Shown here: one piece after another, positions 24,642 to 25,655 of the stretch | Numbering within the stretch: position 1 is the first letter of the stretch | How the letters are laid out: each line of letters begins with the position of its first letter | Source: an uncultured virus (IMG/VR IMGVR_UViG_3300016659_000217) | Taxonomy: Duplodnaviria; Heunggongvirae; Uroviricota; Caudoviricetes | Strand: one strand, 5' to 3' | Length of the DNA stretch: 25,655 nucleotides | IMG/VR virus record: IMGVR_UViG_3300016659_000217 | Program-made: the position numbers and the translations under genes | The notes under the pieces: model-generated | Told to the model about the DNA's origin: nothing | The model's database searches: none | What the model saw: the letters and a program-made list of their open reading frames with translations, nothing else

Positions 24642-25655
24642 CTAGTCATCCAGCATTTTTACTATGTCTTTAACGTTAGGATTGTAGTAAGTGTTGACCA
24701 AAACTTTGATTGTTCTATGTCCTGTAATTTTTGCCAAAATCTCAACAGGTACTTTTCTCGTATTCACAAGCCTTGTAATTGCTTCATGTCGAGTATCATG
24801 AAAGTGTAAATCTGCTAAGCCTATTTTTGCTTTCGTCCTTTCAAATTGAAGTCTGAATGCATTCTCAGTCATTGGGATCAATCGATCATCATTATGTGAA
24901 ATAAGCGATAAGAGCTCTCTTGCCTGTCTAGTTAAAGGCACATCCCTGCTTTCACCGTTCTTTGTATCCTCAAGGTGAATATGATCATCAAACATATGCT
25001 TCTTTCGAATCGCAAGTATTTCGCCACGGCGCATAGCAGTTTCCATAGCAAATAGAAAAGCCCATGCAACATAGTGACTACTTATTTTTGGCCGTTGGCC
25101 AACCTCGTATTTTAGTTCGGCAATAATTTTTTCGATTTCAGACTGGAGAATACGTCTGTTACGTGATTTTGGCTTTTTAGGTTTCTTTAATCCGAAAAAT
25201 GGATTTTCATTTAATAAAAATAATTCTTTTTGAGCAAAAGTGAATACCGCGCTGTAGAGAGAGATTTCTTTGAGCACAGTGCCATCAGATACTTCAGATT
25301 GTCTTTTGTTACGCCAGTGCGTTAGATCCTGTGCAGTAATTTCAGTAATGTCTTTTGCAGCTAATCTAGCAAACCTTTTTTCAAATGAATCCAACTGCTC
25401 CCGAATATACTTTTTTGATTTAGTATCCCTTCCATGCGATTTGTAATACATGTTGAATAAATCATGAAAAGTAGTGACAGTCTTTTTCTTAGCTTCTATT
25501 TCTTCTTTAGGTGTTGAGTTTGCATCGATGAGCTTATTCATTGCCCAATGTAAACATTCCTGCTCGGTGTCTCTTGTGCAATACTCTCTTTTGCCATGGA
25601 CCATAATTGATACAGACCAATTACTTCCACGCTGTCTAGGCTTGGGTAATTTCAT
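24642..25655 (-). CDS. int: Tyrosine recombinase/phage integrase (HP1/Rci-like)
   Basis: Catalytic set R (AMRRGE), K (TKNG), HxxR (HDTR), H (TGH), Y (NTYY). Confidence 0.95.
   Translation of the reverse strand: MKLPKPRQRGSNWSVSIMVHGKREYCTRDTEQECLHWAMNKLIDANSTPKEEIEAKKKTVTTFHDLFNMYYKSHGRDTKSKKYIREQLDSFEKRFARLAAKDITEITAQDLTHWRNKRQSEVSDGTVLKEISLYSAVFTFAQKELFLLNENPFFGLKKPKKPKSRNRRILQSEIEKIIAELKYEVGQRPKISSHYVAWAFLFAMETAMRRGEILAIRKKHMFDDHIHLEDTKNGESRDVPLTRQARELLSLISHNDDRLIPMTENAFRLQFERTKAKIGLADLHFHDTRHEAITRLVNTRKVPVEILAKITGHRTIKVLVNTYYNPNVKDIVKMLDD

Larger units (their letters stand above)
1..25655. mobile_element. Temperate prophage segment (integrase to tail chaperone); continues beyond the left edge
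   Basis: Contiguous int/xis, recombination, cI/cro/cII, O, Q, terminase, portal, capsid and tail genes in lambdoid order. Confidence 0.97.

Noticed and set aside
24640..25655. att site
   Set aside because: The window ends at the integrase start codon; no att core can be identified without the flanks

Overview
The whole window is part of a temperate, lambdoid-organised prophage. Gene content and style point to an Acinetobacter/Moraxellaceae host (inference). Right to left: (1) tyrosine integrase, convergent with an excisionase-like gene; (2) an early + strand operon with a Rad52/Sak-like annealing protein; (3) a cI (HTH+S24)/cro switch with GTTCA-N6-TGAAC operators; (4) cII and an O-like initiator with six 21-bp iterons and a perfect DnaA box; (5) a DUF559-like nuclease, a Q-like antiterminator and a pR'-like late promoter; (6) a ~1.7-kb, mostly non-coding late leader with seven terminators and structured elements, including two covarying copies of a ~100-nt two-hairpin RNA; (7) packaging genes, a Mu-type portal/MuF/neck with lambda-type gpE/gpD capsid, a tail tube and a tail chaperone. 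Three morons with their own promoter/terminator signals are inserted: a secreted/membrane pair (67-897), a DUF6615-like putative nuclease (6743-7573) and an overlapping two-gene cassette (13642-14662). All family assignments come from motif recognition and gene context, not database searches.
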